This document shows positions 1 through 13,161 of a stretch of 64,000 nucleotides of DNA, one piece after another; positions within the stretch are counted from its first letter, which is position 1; each line of letters begins with the position of its first letter. A program made the translations under genes and the position numbers. The notes under the pieces are model-generated. The model saw nothing but the letters and a program-made list of their open reading frames with translations, ran no database searches and was not told the DNA's origin. The stretch comes from Octopus vulgaris (taxonomy: Eukaryota): assembly GCA_951406725.2 (NCBI GenBank), contig OX597822.1, positions 52,142,001 through 52,206,000 on the forward strand. Direction: 5' to 3'.

Positions 1-465
1 AATTGGTTTCACAAATTCCGTATTTAGAAACAGCAAAAATAAACATCAATAAATAGGTAGTTTTAATTTCCCATTAATGGTTTCTTCCTAAAAATAAACT
101 ATTCATAAATAGGTTGGGTCTTCTTACGATAACAAACAATAGTATCAGAGGTGTTTCACAAGGTGGTGGTTAAATAAGTTCTTCATTATCATCACGTTTT
201 AATCAATGTGTTTATAGACAGCAATACTATATATATGTGTGTGTGTGTTTGTGTGTCTGTGTTTGTCCCCCTAGCATTGCTTGACAACCGATGCTGGTGT
301 GTTTACGTCCCCGTCTCTTAGCGGTTCGGCAAAAGAGCCCGATAGAATAAGTACTGGGCTTACAAAGAATATGTCCCGGGGTCGATTTGTTCGACTAAAG
401 GCGGTGCTCCAGCATGGCCGCAGTCAAAATGACTGAAACAAGTAAAAGAGTAAACAGTAAAAGAG

Positions 466-529
<64 letters not shown>

Positions 530-667
530 CATGGTAATAACAGGATTTTTTCGAAATTTCTATTAGCTTTCTTCGAAATACGTGCTTGTTAGTGATAAAT
601 TATATGGTTATCGACGTTGTCTATTTTCGGCATATTTTGGCATTAGAAATTTTTTCTTTTGTCCTTA

Positions 668-722
<55 letters not shown>

Positions 723-752
723 TCAAAATAAAAACATGATGCCAAGGATTCA

Positions 753-830
753 GCGGTACATATGTTTCGGGCCTTTATTAGACGGATTTATAACAATGCA
801 TAATGTATGTCTGTGGCCTTCTTCAGCCGC
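753..830 (-). ncRNA. Type I hammerhead ribozyme motif (inverted pLTR copy)
   Basis: Reverse complement of the 2893-2970 motif. Confidence 0.7.
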
Positions 831-880
831 GCACAACAACTTCCACAAGGACATGTATTACATCAAAAATTCTTGGTTTA

Positions 881-1197
881 GGTTGCTCGACCTCCTAGAA
901 ATCTAGATACTACAACCACCGGTCCTCGCTTAAGCATAGGCATAAAGCTAACAGCACCTCCTTTCTAAAAAAATTTGGGAATTAAAAGACAATAGCATAG
1001 GTTTCAAACTCAGGTGGTCCATCACCGGATCAGCTGCACCTTATTTAAACAATAGAGCAAGATGCCAACTATGTTGTGTAGAACTCCTGAATATCTTGAA
1101 ATTCAAGGAGAAACACAATCTTATTAACAAAAGGTCAGAGTTCAAACCATCCTGTATACACAAACTTATTAATACTTTCAAATACTACAAAGTTTAG
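881..1197 (+). pseudogene. Penelope-type GIY-YIG endonuclease C-terminal fragment (one stop, one frameshift)
   Basis: Manual translation: GCSTS*KSRYYNHRSSLKHRHKANST / LSKKIWELKDNSIGFKLRWSI...RCQLCCVE...LINKRSEFKPSCIH. This fits the R-x3-H, W-x-I, CxLC-x2-E, LN-x-R-x-E, C-x-H pattern of PLE endonucleases. Confidence 0.75.
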
Positions 1198-2892
1198 GCT
1201 ATTATACCAGCTACCCCATGCAATTTCCCCCCACCCGGTGCAACCTGTCGGCTCCAGCGCATCCCGTTTTCCTATATATATATTTTCCTATATATACTCA
1301 TTTTGTCTCCCATATATGTTTTTTCTTCTCCTACACCTACATTCTTCCTATCTAAATTTTTTGTTTCCCTATATCTATACCTTTTTCCCATTTCTAACTC
1401 TGATGTTGAGCACGCACCACCAAACCCCGCTTCCCACCCTTCCAATTTTCAGTTCCCCCCGCCCGCCCCTACGTGGTCACCTTTAGCACACACCTTTAAC
1501 TTTACACTTTCAACCACCTTTTATTTTTACCTTCATCTCATGTTAAGCTTTACCCGATTATATTTTTATTTTATTTTATCCTATTTTATTTTGCTTTACC
1601 TTTATTCTTATTTTTATTTTCATTCTTTATTTTAATTTTTATAGTTTTTATAATTTTTATACTTCATTTCTAATTTTTATACATCTTTTAATATCTTATT
1701 TCTATACCTGTATGTGTGGGCATCTGTGTATGTGTATGTAAGGGTATGCGCACACGCGCGTATAGACACACAGATGTGTGTGTGTGTGCGTGTGGATACG
1801 TGCGCGTGGGTCCGTATGTATGTATGTATGCGTGTATGTATGCACACGTGGGTGTGCATGTATGCACACATATATATGTGCGTGTGTGGGTATGGGTGTG
1901 AGTATATATATATACATGTGTGTATGTATATGTGTATGTATGTATATGTATACATGTGCATATATATATGTATGCATATGTGTATGTGTATATATATATA
2001 TATGTATATACGTATGTGTGTGTGTGTGTGTATATGTATATGTACATGTATATTGTCCGTGTATATATATGCATATTCTGTTGTGTGTGCATATATATAT
2101 GCGCATGTGTGTATGTGTATATGTGTATCTGTATATGTTTACACGTGCGTACGTATGTATGCTTATATGCTTGTGGCTGGGTATGCGTGCATATATGTGC
2201 GCGTGTATATGGGTGTATGTATCCATGCGGGTACGTATGTACAAGATGACCACTTAATACGTTACGAAGAACTAGAGGAACTAGATAAGCTGCTCAACAA
2301 CTCTGATTTACAATACACTAAGTCCCCAGACGCCCCTGTTGATTTATGACACCCAAGACTTCTACAACCAGAATGTGTCATTTCCCTGTCCACCATGTTT
2401 GGTCCATAACTACTATTTATCCCTTATCCTTATATTCTGTTACATTTTTTATTATTTTTATTTCTATTTTTATTTTTATAACTTTATTTTTATAACTTTA
2501 TACCTTTATATTCATTTATATTTTTTTATATTTTTTATATCTCTTTATATCTTTATACTCTACATTTTTATATTTTTCTATACTTACACTTTTTATATAT
2601 TTTTTATCCTTCGTCCTGAATTCTCGCCCCTCCATCTTTATCTCTATTTACTCTTATTACCAGGTTCCTTCACGTCTGTTTGCATTTATATATTTATATA
2701 TGTATATATTTATTTATTAATTTATTTACATTACTTCAACATCCAAATTTCCTCATTCTACATTGAGAGAAGAACGAGATGGACGCTTCATTTTTATGCT
2801 GTTGCCGCATTATGTCGTACGCGAATGAGAGGATTTGCATCCCCAACCAAGAATTTTTGATGTAATACATGTCCTTGTGGAAGTTGTTGTGC

Positions 2893-2970
2893 GCGGCTGA
2901 AGAAGGCCACAGACATACATTATGCATTGTTATAAATCCGTCTAATAAAGGCCCGAAACATATGTACCGC
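2893..2970 (+). ncRNA. Type I hammerhead ribozyme motif in Penelope pLTR
   Basis: GCGG-CTGAAGA-aGGCC...GGCCc-GAAAC-ATAT-GTA-CCGC: stem I GCGG/CCGC, core CUGANGA/GAAA, stem II GGCC/GGCC, palindromic stem III ACATATGT, GUA cleavage triplet at 2964-2966. Confidence 0.75.
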
Positions 2971-3003
2971 TGAATCCTTGGCATCATGTTTTTATTTTGA
3001 TTA

Positions 3004-3042
<39 letters not shown>

Positions 3043-3043
<1 letters not shown>

Positions 3044-3448
3044 TTTTACTTATTTTACTTTTTACTTTTACTTGTTTCAGTGATTTGATTGCCGCTATGC
3101 TGGAGTACCGCCTTTAGTCGACCAAATTGACCCCAGGAATTATTCTTTGGAATCCTAGTACTTATTCTAGTGGTCTCTTTTGCCGAACCGCTATGTTACG
3201 GGGACGTAAACACACCAACATCGGCTGTGAAGCGATGTTGGGAGGACAAACACAGACACAAACATATACACACACATACATATATATATATACATATATA
3301 CGACGGGCTTCTTTCAGTTTCCGTCTACCAAATCTACTCACAAGGCTTTGGTCGGCCCGAGGCTATAGCAGAAGACACGTGCCCAAGGTGCCACGAGTGG
3401 GACTGAACCCGGAACCATGTGGTTGGTAAGCAAGATACTTACCACACA
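3043..3448 (-). mobile_element. tRNA-derived SINE, family A (copies at ~24348-24752 and ~47386-47790)
   Basis: Reverse complement of the family A consensus (B-box GGTTCAGTCCC, CCTTGGGCA core, internal microsatellite, GCGGT..CCAGCATGG tail). Confidence 0.8.
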
Positions 3449-4007
3449 GATTTATGAAAAAGAACTAAAATGCTACTTTCAAAAATTGGGCACATTTTAA
3501 TTTTCCTTTATATAAATACGTTAAAAGAAGAATGTTTTAGATTTGTCTTACATGTTTCGATTTTTGAACAACCTTTTTCAAAAATATGTACTAAAATGGA
3601 ATATGTAGAGAGGAAAGAGCTATTAATAAAATAAAGTTAAAATTAAAATTACCATTCATAGTTTACTTTCCTTTTTCTGCAAGAGCACGTGGTAGTTTCC
3701 GTCAATTTTCGTGGCATGACAATTGAACTGTCTGTGACGGCAAATTGCTACTATCTGTTTTGGTAAATTAAAAAGTGTGGTCAAGACTTGTTTTCTATAA
3801 GAGTGGATGTAGCCGTCGAGTAACCAGCAGCAGTGATAATAATAGTCGTCGTGGTGATGTTGTTCCCCCGGGGTTTTAATAGAATTCGGGTTCTTCGACC
3901 CTTGTCTTTATTTCTTATGAATAACTTGCATATCCATATATTCATATGTATATACATACGTACATATATACACACACTCTCTCTCTCTCTATATATATAT
4001 ATATCTA

Positions 4008-4061
<54 letters not shown>

Positions 4062-4121
4062 TGTGTGCGTACTTGTGTATATGAATACGTGTGTGTATAT
4101 GCGTATACTGTTTGAATGCTT

Positions 4122-4335
4122 ACCTATTTCTTTACTACCCACAAGGGGCTAAACACAGCCAGGACAAACAAGGACAGACAAACAGATTAAGTCGATTACA
4201 TCGACCCCAGTGCGTAACTGGTACTTAATTTATCGACCTCGAAAGGATGAAAGGCAAAGTCGACCTCGGCGGAATTTGAACTCAGGACGTAACAGCAGAC
4301 GAAATACGGCTACGCATTTCGCCGGCGTGCTAACG
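4122..4335 (-). mobile_element. tRNA-derived SINE, family B; head deleted in unit 1, intact at ~25417-25649 and ~48426-48657
   Basis: GAGTTCAAATTCCGCCGAGGTCGACTTTGCCTTTCATCCTTTCG consensus on the minus strand. Confidence 0.8.
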
Positions 4336-4874
4336 AGTCCAGTGCTACTTCAAAGCATCGGCACAATACGCAGTTGTCTAGGAGCCTCATAGGTCTAAGG
4401 GTCCAATTCTAATCTTTGTATGACGTGGCTTGCTGTCAATAAATAAATACTATAGAGCCATGTGCAGTGATTTGCCCAAGGGTCTATAATGCTGCAAGAG
4501 TTACACGATTTCGGCGGTTAGGAACCGTTTCGATGATTAGTCTGGAAATTACCAGTTTGAACGAAATGAAATCAAGTTTTGCCACTGAAAACGCACAGAG
4601 GGGAAATATAAAACTTGTAGAAAACAAGTAGATACAGAGTATAAAGGATGGTGCCTTTCCTCTTGAAAGAGGAAGAGTTCTAGTGCACGGGGAGAATAAT
4701 AAAATGACCTTCATCTAAATATAATCTAAATATAATTGGACGCAAAGGGCGATAGAAAAGAGTGGTGATCAGCAGAAGCAGGTGACAGGAAAAGCAGAGG
4801 AAATGTTGGATAGAGAGAGAGTGAGAGGGAAAGAGAAAGGGAGAGAGGTAAAGTAAAATAGAGCAACGGTAAGT

Positions 4875-5792
4875 AATAATAATAATAATAATTGTGTACA
4901 GTGCTCAGGTGCACTACAACTCATCTAAAGTGTATATATAATCAGGTGTAGTTTCGGCGGATTTCGGAAAGCATGAGGGCCTTAAAGGATGCAGTGTCAT
5001 GGCAGTCAACAACTGACGCAGGCAGTTTATTCCATGCTTCAGCAACTCTGAGCGTGAAAAAATGTTTCCGAAAGTCATGGGAGCTGTGTTGTTTTCTGAC
5101 TTTGTAGGCATGTCCACGTGTGTTAGACACATGGAGATCAAAAAGGTGTTCAGTGTTGTTGTTGGTGAGGTGGTTGATAACTTTGTGGGTGTTTACCAAG
5201 TCCGTCGCCAGACGCCGGAGCTTCAGTGAATCCATTCCCAGGGAAACAATGGGCTCAGAATATGGTAGGTGTCTGATGGAGGGTATACGTTTGGTTACAC
5301 GTCTCTGGACAGATTCCAGGAGGTCAATGTTCTGAGCAAGATAGGGGTTCCAAACTGATGATGCGAATTCCAAGTGTGGTCGTACCATAGCTGTATACAG
5401 TTTTAAATAGATGGCTGGAGAGCGGCTAACAAAAGTCTTGTTGAGTGATGCCAAGACACCCTCGGCCATCTTGACAATTTTAGAGATATGCTTTGTCCAA
5501 CGCAAATCACTGCTGACAGTGATGCCTAGGTCACGCTCGCAAGAGGATTTCTTGATATCAGTGTTGTGGAGGGAGTATGTGGACGCAGGGTTTTTTCTCC
5601 CAAAATGCATGGTGGTACACTTGTCCACAGCCAGTTTCAGTTGCCAGTCTGTGATCCATTGCTGCATTGTGTCTAGGTCTGATTGCAGGAAAGAGTTGTA
5701 GACATCAGGATCTGTCCTCTTGATTTCAAGGTACAGCTTGATGTCGTCTGCATATTTCAATACTGTGGCATTCTTTAAATTGGCATCTATGT
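4875..5792 (-). mobile_element. 5'-truncated CR1/L2-clade LINE (RT C-terminus, ORF 4942-5760) with (TTA)n tail
   Basis: YADD, ERDLGI, RPHLEFASSVWNP, ESVQRR and RV..AWNKLP motifs. Short 3' UTR ending in a trinucleotide repeat. Confidence 0.9.
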
Positions 5793-6142
5793 CAGGTAGT
5801 AGGGGAGACAGGGGAGAAAATTAAGGTGAGATTTTAAAAAGTGTCACATAGGGGAAATCAAGGTAGTTACAATGAAGACTATAGATGTGTACAACTGGTA
5901 GATCCACTAGTGTTGCACCGCTATATTTTGTAGCTATTTAAACAATGAGTTCGTGAACAGTTAATGGGTTAGATGTGTTGAGGCAATGTTCATATAAATC
6001 CATTACATACTTTTTCTATCTTCGATTGCACTCTTTACATTAGACGTATTTGAATATGAAATGTTGTAACAAATCAGTGCTGGCTATAATTTCGATAGAG
6101 AATCTGTAGAGACAATCTCAAAACGTTTTAAATATATATATA

Positions 6143-6360
6143 CTCTTTTACTTGATTCAGTCATTTAACTACAGCCATGCTGGAGCACCACCTTAAAAGG
6201 TTTTAGTCGAAGAAATCCGCCGCAGAACTTGTTCTTTGTAAGCCGAGTACTTATTCTATCGGACTATTTTGCCGAACCGCTACATTACTGGGACCTAAAT
6301 ACACCAGTATCAGTTGTCAAGCGATGGTAGGGGGACAAACACAGACACAAAACATATTCA

Positions 6361-6414
<54 letters not shown>

Positions 6415-6614
6415 CGTGTGCGTGCATGTGTGTGTGCGTGTGTGTATATATATATATATGATAGGCTTCTTTCAGTTTCCGTCTACCAAATCCACTCACA
6501 AGGTTTTGGTCGGTCCGAGGCTAAAGTAGAAGACACTTACCCAAGGTGCCACGGACTGAACTTGGAACCATGTGATTGGGGAGCAAGCTTTTTACCACAC
6601 AGCCATGCCTGCGC
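6143..6614 (-). mobile_element. SINE family A with expanded internal (CA)n (copies at ~27577-28062 and ~50545-51032)
   Basis: Full head-to-tail family A similarity on the minus strand. Confidence 0.75.
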
Positions 6615-7385
6615 CGTACGTATACAGCGAGAAATAAAACGAAGGCATAGAATTATGGTGAAATGTGTAAATGAGTTTTATTAACGATGTGTCTCGAAAT
6701 GATTGCAGTTAGAAACAATAGCTACTAAGACAAAGAAAAAACCCTTTGGAAGGAGAAAGGGTGGAAATCTATTACACGTTTCACGCATCTAAAACCCAAC
6801 AAATGCTATTAATTACACTAAAACAAACTCTTGCCGTTATTCCATTAAACGAAGGGCTAAAATTTTAACAAGTTTACATTTAAAGCACAAATGTAGAAGC
6901 ATTTTCACGTCCACACTTAGTTTTTAATACAAGATATTATTAGCAAACAAGCATACCTGTGTTGTCAAAAATGTCGACGGTTTTATTAATGATAGAAAAT
7001 GGTGCATCGAGACAATGAGAGAAACCATTGATAAATGCTAGCAATGGAGTAAATATATGTACATAAGCAGAACTGAAGCACTTGATATCAGATACGGTTG
7101 TAACATTTCGGTTGAAAATATTATAATCCATGCAATATGAATATATATGAAACGTCCACGCTCGCATGGAACAGACAGATTTTGTATAGCCGAATGTCAC
7201 CCCCGTCGCCAACCCTCATATGGAAGCAGGTGAGGATAGTCGATGGGAAAGGTATCCAAGCCTAGGCCTGATTATGTGGAAGGCTGAAAACGAAGAACAT
7301 CTCTTGCATTAATGACACACAAAACCACTGCTCGAATTTAAGGCAAGGAGACAGTAAAACTAACATATACAGTAAAACACACATA

Positions 7386-7738
7386 CAGGGTGTGGTGAAT
7401 ATATTGTTGTTTAAATTATGCAAAAATGAAAATAACACCGACATCTCATTTTAACAGATATATTTACTAAAATTACATAAAAATATCTTGAAATACTAAA
7501 AAGTAAATTTATTCAATAAAATCGCCATTGGGATCAACCACAGCATCCAAACTATTTCGGAATCTCCTGCAACTCTTCTGGACTGTCTCTTTCTTTAAGT
7601 TGGTGAATGTTGCCATAATCATTGCTTTCAGTTCATCTTTGGTGTTACAAGGAGTTTTGTTAATCTCTCGCCCAACAGCGCCTCACACATAATAATCAAA
7701 GGGGTTGCAGTTTGGGGAGTTAGGTGATCATATGTTAG
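7386..7738 (-). mobile_element. Tc1/mariner-superfamily transposon 3' remnant (copies at ~28836-29188 and ~51805-52157)
   Basis: TA + CAGGGTG terminus. Minus-strand translation NI*SPNSPNCNPFDYYV*GAVGRE...VVDPNGDFIE* is a decayed WPPNSPDLNPLDY-xxW motif. Confidence 0.8.
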
Positions 7739-8324
7739 TGGATAGAGAGGGTAGAAGAGCTGTGTATGTTAAAATGAAGAAAGAGGTCAAAGGAAAAGGT
7801 GAGAAAAGAAGAAGGAAAGAAATAGGAAGAGAAGATGAAGACAAGATGAGAAAATGAAAAAAAGAAGAGAAAATGAAAAAGGTAGAAGGAAGTGAAAAAA
7901 GTGAAAGAAGGAGTGTTAGATGGTGGTCAAGATATTATGAGGGGGGAATGGGAGAGGAGTAGGGGAGGGTAAGAAGTGATAAGAATGAATGTAGTGAATA
8001 TGTGTGAGGTGGAGTGATATGTTACAATGGTGTTAAGGAATGGGTACAGAAAAAGATATAGGAGGAGGGTTTCTAAAGTCAGTAGTAAACCACAAATTGG
8101 AAGGGAAGAATACTAAGACTGGTCAAGTTTCTATAAATAGATTTATATGCTTATTCAACTGGCTAATGTTATAGTATGGAGAGAGGAATCAGAGAGAAGG
8201 AAAGAGAGAAGTGTATATCGATATACGCACGCACACATGCACATGTATGTGTGTGTGAAATGCATTATTATATAGACTTGCGAACTAGTGAATTTAAACC
8301 TGTATGCATGCATGCATCTCTCTC

Positions 8325-8410
<86 letters not shown>

Positions 8411-8412
<2 letters not shown>

Positions 8413-8826
8413 CGCAGGAGTGGCTGTGTGGTAAGTAGCTTGCTAACCAGCAACATGGTCCCGGGTTCAGTCCCACTGCGTGGCATCTTGGGCAATTGTC
8501 TTCTGCTGTAGCCCCGGGCCGACCAATGCCTTGTGAGTGGATTTGGTAGACGGAAACTGAAAGAAGCCTGTTGTATATATGTATATATGTATATATGTGT
8601 ATGTATGTGTGTATGTGTTTGTGTGTCTGTGTTTTTCCCCCTAACATTACTTGACAACCGATGCTGGTGTGTTTACGTCCCCGTCACTTAGCGGTTCGGC
8701 AAAAGAGACCGATAGAATAAGTACTGGGCTTACAAAGAATAAGTCCCAGGGTCGATTTGCTCGACTAAAGGCGGTGCTCCAGCATGGCTGCAGTCAAATG
8801 ACTGAATCAAATAAAATAAAAAGAGA
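8411..8826 (+). mobile_element. Full-length SINE family A inserted in (TA)n; unit 1 only
   Basis: GGCGCAGGAGTGGCTGTGTGGTAAG A-box head, GGTTCAGTCCC B-box, 3' stem-loop CAGTCAAATGACTG. Empty sites at ~29775 and ~52755. Confidence 0.88.
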
Positions 8827-8861
<35 letters not shown>

Positions 8862-9228
8862 CACACAGATACATATACACGTACAAATATATACGCACAT
8901 ACGTATACATACAGATGCCCATACAAACATACATGCACATCCATACACATATATATATGCGCGCACACGCATACCCCTAAATACATGCATAAACGCATAC
9001 ACGTGCGCATATATACACGCCTACATGCACGGGTACATACATATTAGAATTTACAAACCACGGACAGGAAGCATTTCAACCACTTTCCTTGGATAACGGA
9101 ACTGTAACTATAACATCTTTATACATTTTTATTTTTATCTCTACATTCTATTTCCCTATATACTCCTTATTTGCTTCCTTTTCCAAAATAACTCCTCATA
9201 TTGAACTCTAATATTTCCCTCTATTTAA

Positions 9229-9460
9229 AGGTGACGAGCTGGCAGAAACGTTAGCACGCCGGGGCGAAATGCGTAGCCGTATTTCGTCTGCCGTTACGTT
9301 CGGAGTTCAAATTCCGCCGAGGTCGACTTTGCCTTTCATCCTTTCGGGGCGATTAAATAAGTACCAGTTACGCACTGGGTTCGATGTAATCAACTTCATC
9401 TGTTTGTCTGTCCTTGTTTGTCCTCTCTGTGTTTAGCCCCTTGTGGGTAGTAAAGAAATA
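9229..9460 (+). mobile_element. SINE family B with 19-bp target-site duplication
   Basis: aatatttccctctatttaa occurs on both sides (9210-9228 and 9461-9479). Confidence 0.85.
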
Positions 9461-9487
9461 AATATTTCCCTCTATTTAACCATCTCA

Positions 9488-9717
9488 TTTTACTCTTTTA
9501 CTTGTTTCAATCATTTAACTGTGGCTATGCAGGAGCACCGCCTTTAGTCGAGCAAATCGACCCCAGGACTTAATCTTTGTAAACCTAATACTTATTTTAT
9601 CGGTCTCTTTTGCCGAACCGCTAAGTTACGGGGATGTAAACACAGCAGCATCGGTTATCAAGCGATGTTGGGGGCACAAACAAACACAGCCACACAGACA
9701 TACACGCACACACACAC

Positions 9718-9803
<86 letters not shown>

Positions 9804-10614
9804 TATGTATGTATGTATGTATATGTATACATGTGCATATATATGTATGCATATGTGTATGTGTATATATATATATATGTATATACGTATGTGTGTGTGT
9901 GTGTATATGTATATGTACATGTATATTGTCCGTGTATATATATGCATATTCTATATATATATGCGCATGTGTGTATGTGTATATGTGTATCTGTATATGT
10001 TTACACGTGAGTACGTATGTATGCTTATATGCTTGTGGCTGGGTATGCGTGCATATATGTGCGCGTGTATATGGGTGTATGTATCCATGCGGGTACGTAT
10101 GTACAAGATGACCACTTAATACGTTACGAAGAACTAGAGGAACTAGATAAACTGCTCAACAACTCTGATTTACAATACACTAAGTCCCCAGACGCCCCTG
10201 TTGATTTATGACACCCATGACTTCTACGACCAGAATTTGTCATTTCCCTGACCACCATGTTTGGTCCGTAACTACTATATCCCTTTTAGAGAATTATTAT
10301 TACTATATATCCCTTATCCTTATATTCTTTTACATTTTTTATTATTTTTATTTCTATTTTTATTTTTATATCTTTATTTATATAACTTTATACCTTTATA
10401 TTCATTTATATTTTTTTTAATTTTTTATATCTCTTTATATCTTTATACTCTACATTTTTAGTTTCAGTTTCCGTGTGCCAAATCCACTCACAAGGCTCTG
10501 GTCGGCCCGAGGCGAGTGTAGAAGACACTTGCCCAAGATGACACGCAGTGGAACTGAACCTGGAACTGTTTGGTTGGTAAGCAAGCTACTTACCACACAG
10601 TCACTCCTACGCCT
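9488..10614 (-). mobile_element. SINE family A split by a ~660-bp fragment (9800-10460) of the Penelope-like element interior; unit 1 only
   Basis: SINE 3' half at 9488-9720 and 5' half at 10461-10614. The insert matches ~1940-2565 (GTACAAGATGACCACTTAATACG...). Confidence 0.7.
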
Positions 10615-12003
10615 ATTTATTTTAAATTACTTTTTTGAAAAGAGAAAACATTTATTCCCTCTCTCTCCCTCTCACACAAAAATGAAACCGAAGTGTGTTT
10701 TCGCGCGAAAGATTTTTGTTTTCTTTTTCTAAAACACTGGTATAAAACTGAAAATATTTAGTGGAGAAAAAGTGTGTATTTTGTTGGGATTAATTAATGA
10801 TTTGACAGCAAAGAAGTAAGTAGTACTTTGTAGGTAAATTTTTACCTGTCTACTTATACAGACACACACGCCATATATACATATATATATGCATTCATTA
10901 CGACTTCACAAAAAATATTTTCAGCATAAAATACACACAATATACATGTGAACATATTAATCCACATTCTCTATTTATTGAATAACGAACCAAGTAATCC
11001 GCACTCTGGAAAACTTATTTTTGTAAAATGTTGAGAGTGGTGGGGTAAAATTTCCCTGTGTTCCACGCCCCACCCTCTGTTTTCCGGACCCAAAAAGGGT
11101 TTTGTGGCATATTAGGAGGTCACCGTAATTCATTCAACGAAAAAAGAACATCCAATGATTCCAAGATTGAGGATCCGGCTTCTCTCCCCATCTTTTTTCC
11201 GAAAAATATCATGGGGTTTTCTGCATATTAGGAGGTCAGAGTACTTGATTCCATGAAAAAAATTCGAATTTCTTTTTTTCTTAGTGAAAATCGTGCGGGT
11301 GTACTTCCCAATGAGAACGGGGAGGTGAAATTTCCAAGGGTTCCACCCCGTTTTCCGGACCAGAAAAGCATTTTGTGGCATATTATGTCACTGTAATTCA
11401 TTCAACGAAAATATAAAATATTCCAATGATTCCGGAATGGATGGGGTCCAGTTTTCCCCACCCCTTTTTTCCGATTTCACTTAATTCCATGCGAATAATC
11501 CGATTTTTCTTTTCTTAGTGAAACTCGTGAGGGTGAAAGTATCGAAATTTAACCAAATTTTGGAAGAACGACAATAGGTAACCTAGCAATTCATTGTTGA
11601 ACATTGGAATTAGTGCGATATTTACCAGTTTATTGATTTTGCTCAAATTCTCTAAAAATATTAGTTTCAAACTTTGGCACAAGGCCAACAATTTCGGAGA
11701 AGGGGTTAAGTCGATAACATCGAACTCAGTACTCAACGGGTACTTATTTTATCGACCCCGAAAGGATGAAAGGCGAAGTGGACATCGGTGGAATTTGAAC
11801 TCAGAACATGAAGACGAAATGTCGCCAACCATTTTCCTTGGCGTAAACATCGTGTCTATTCCTTAGAACAAGGAAGCAGTCCGCGAAAAGTTCTTAAAAT
11901 AAAAGTTTAATTGAAGTTAACTTTCTTTGTGTATTTCCTAATGGCCAGTTTCAGCACACGATCTCAGATCAAAACAATATATATGCAAGTACACATGTAA
12001 ATA

Positions 12004-12036
<33 letters not shown>

Positions 12037-12037
12037 C

Positions 12038-12116
<79 letters not shown>

Positions 12117-12343
12117 TTATGCAGGTCTGGGTTTGCTCCCGGATATGGAGCGTAAATGTTATGACTATAGTCGAAATGTCTCCCAACGAACCATTTGCTT
12201 TAAAATAAAATTTACTTATTTGTCACCCCAGAAAATAGCTTCATACGGAACTAGGAACTAGTATATTTTGATATGTGTACTTTATGAAAATTACAAAGGG
12301 TTTAACCCCTTCTTTTTTCGATATTCATATTTAAACACACTAA

Positions 12344-12885
12344 GGCGGCGAGCTGGCAGAAACGTTAGCACGCCGGCCGAAATACGTAGCCGTATTTCAT
12401 TTGCCGTTACGTTCTGAGTTCAAATTCCGCCGAGGTAAACTTTGCCTTTCATCCTTTCGGGGTCGATAAATTAAGTGCCTGTTACGCACTGGGATCGATG
12501 TAAACGACTTAATCCCTTTGTTTGTCCTTGTTTGTCCCCTCTGTGTTTAACCCCTTGTGGGCAGTAAAGAAATAGGTATTTCGTCTGCCGCTACGTTCTG
12601 AGTTCAAATTCCGCTGAGGTCGACTTTGCCTTTCATCCTTTCGGGGTCGATAAACTAAATACCAGTTACACACTGGGTTCGATGTAATCAACTTAATCCC
12701 TTTGTCTGTCCTTGTTTGTCCCCTCTATGTTTAGCCCCTTGTGGACAATAAAGAAATAAGAAAATTTAGCACGCAGGGTCAAATGATTATCGACATTTTG
12801 ATCCGTCTTTACGTTCTGGGTTCAAATTTCGCAGGGTTCGACCTTGCCTTTCATCCTTTCGGAAAAGATAAAATAAGTACCAGTT
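12344..12885 (+). mobile_element. Tandem trimer of SINE family B (one full and two 5'-truncated units; copies at ~32079-32620 and ~54935-55475)
   Basis: The TTCTGAGTTCAAATTCCGC...CCTTTCATCCTTTCGG block occurs three times head-to-tail. Confidence 0.8.
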
Positions 12886-13121
12886 GAACACTGCAGTTGT
12901 AAAATGTATTGTAAACAACCTATTTGTTGATGACTTCATTTGCCTGAAGTCCTCACTTTTGAGATTGTTAACATTTGTTAACGATAAGAAGCTTGCTTCT
13001 CAACCACATGGTTCCGGGTTCAGTCCCACTGCGAAGCACCTTGAACAACTGTCATCTACTATAGCCTCGGGCTGACCAAAGCCTTGTAAATGGATTTGGT
13101 AATTTGGTAGAAGGATCCCGT

Positions 13122-13152
<31 letters not shown>

Positions 13153-13161
13153 GTGTGTGTG

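Larger units (their letters stand above)
717..3006 (+). mobile_element. Penelope-like retroelement remnant: inverted pLTR ends, GIY-YIG endonuclease C-terminal fragment, microsatellite-rich interior; unit 1 only
   Basis: 162-bp inverted repeats at 717-878 and 2845-3006. Flanked by (TA)n. Absent at the equivalent sites ~24270 and ~47350. Carries an endonuclease remnant and hammerhead motifs. Confidence 0.8.

Noticed and set aside
1677-2349. Many overlapping ORFs rich in Y/I/H/T/V/C/M (also near 8200-10200, 20300-21600, 42500-43500 and 46600-47200)
   Set aside because: Translations of (TA)n, (CA)n and (TG)n microsatellites, which lack stop codons in several frames. No coding signal.
717-3006. 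DNA transposon or MITE with 162-bp TIRs and TA target site
   Set aside because: The GIY-YIG remnant and hammerhead motifs fit a Penelope-like element with an inverted pLTR better.
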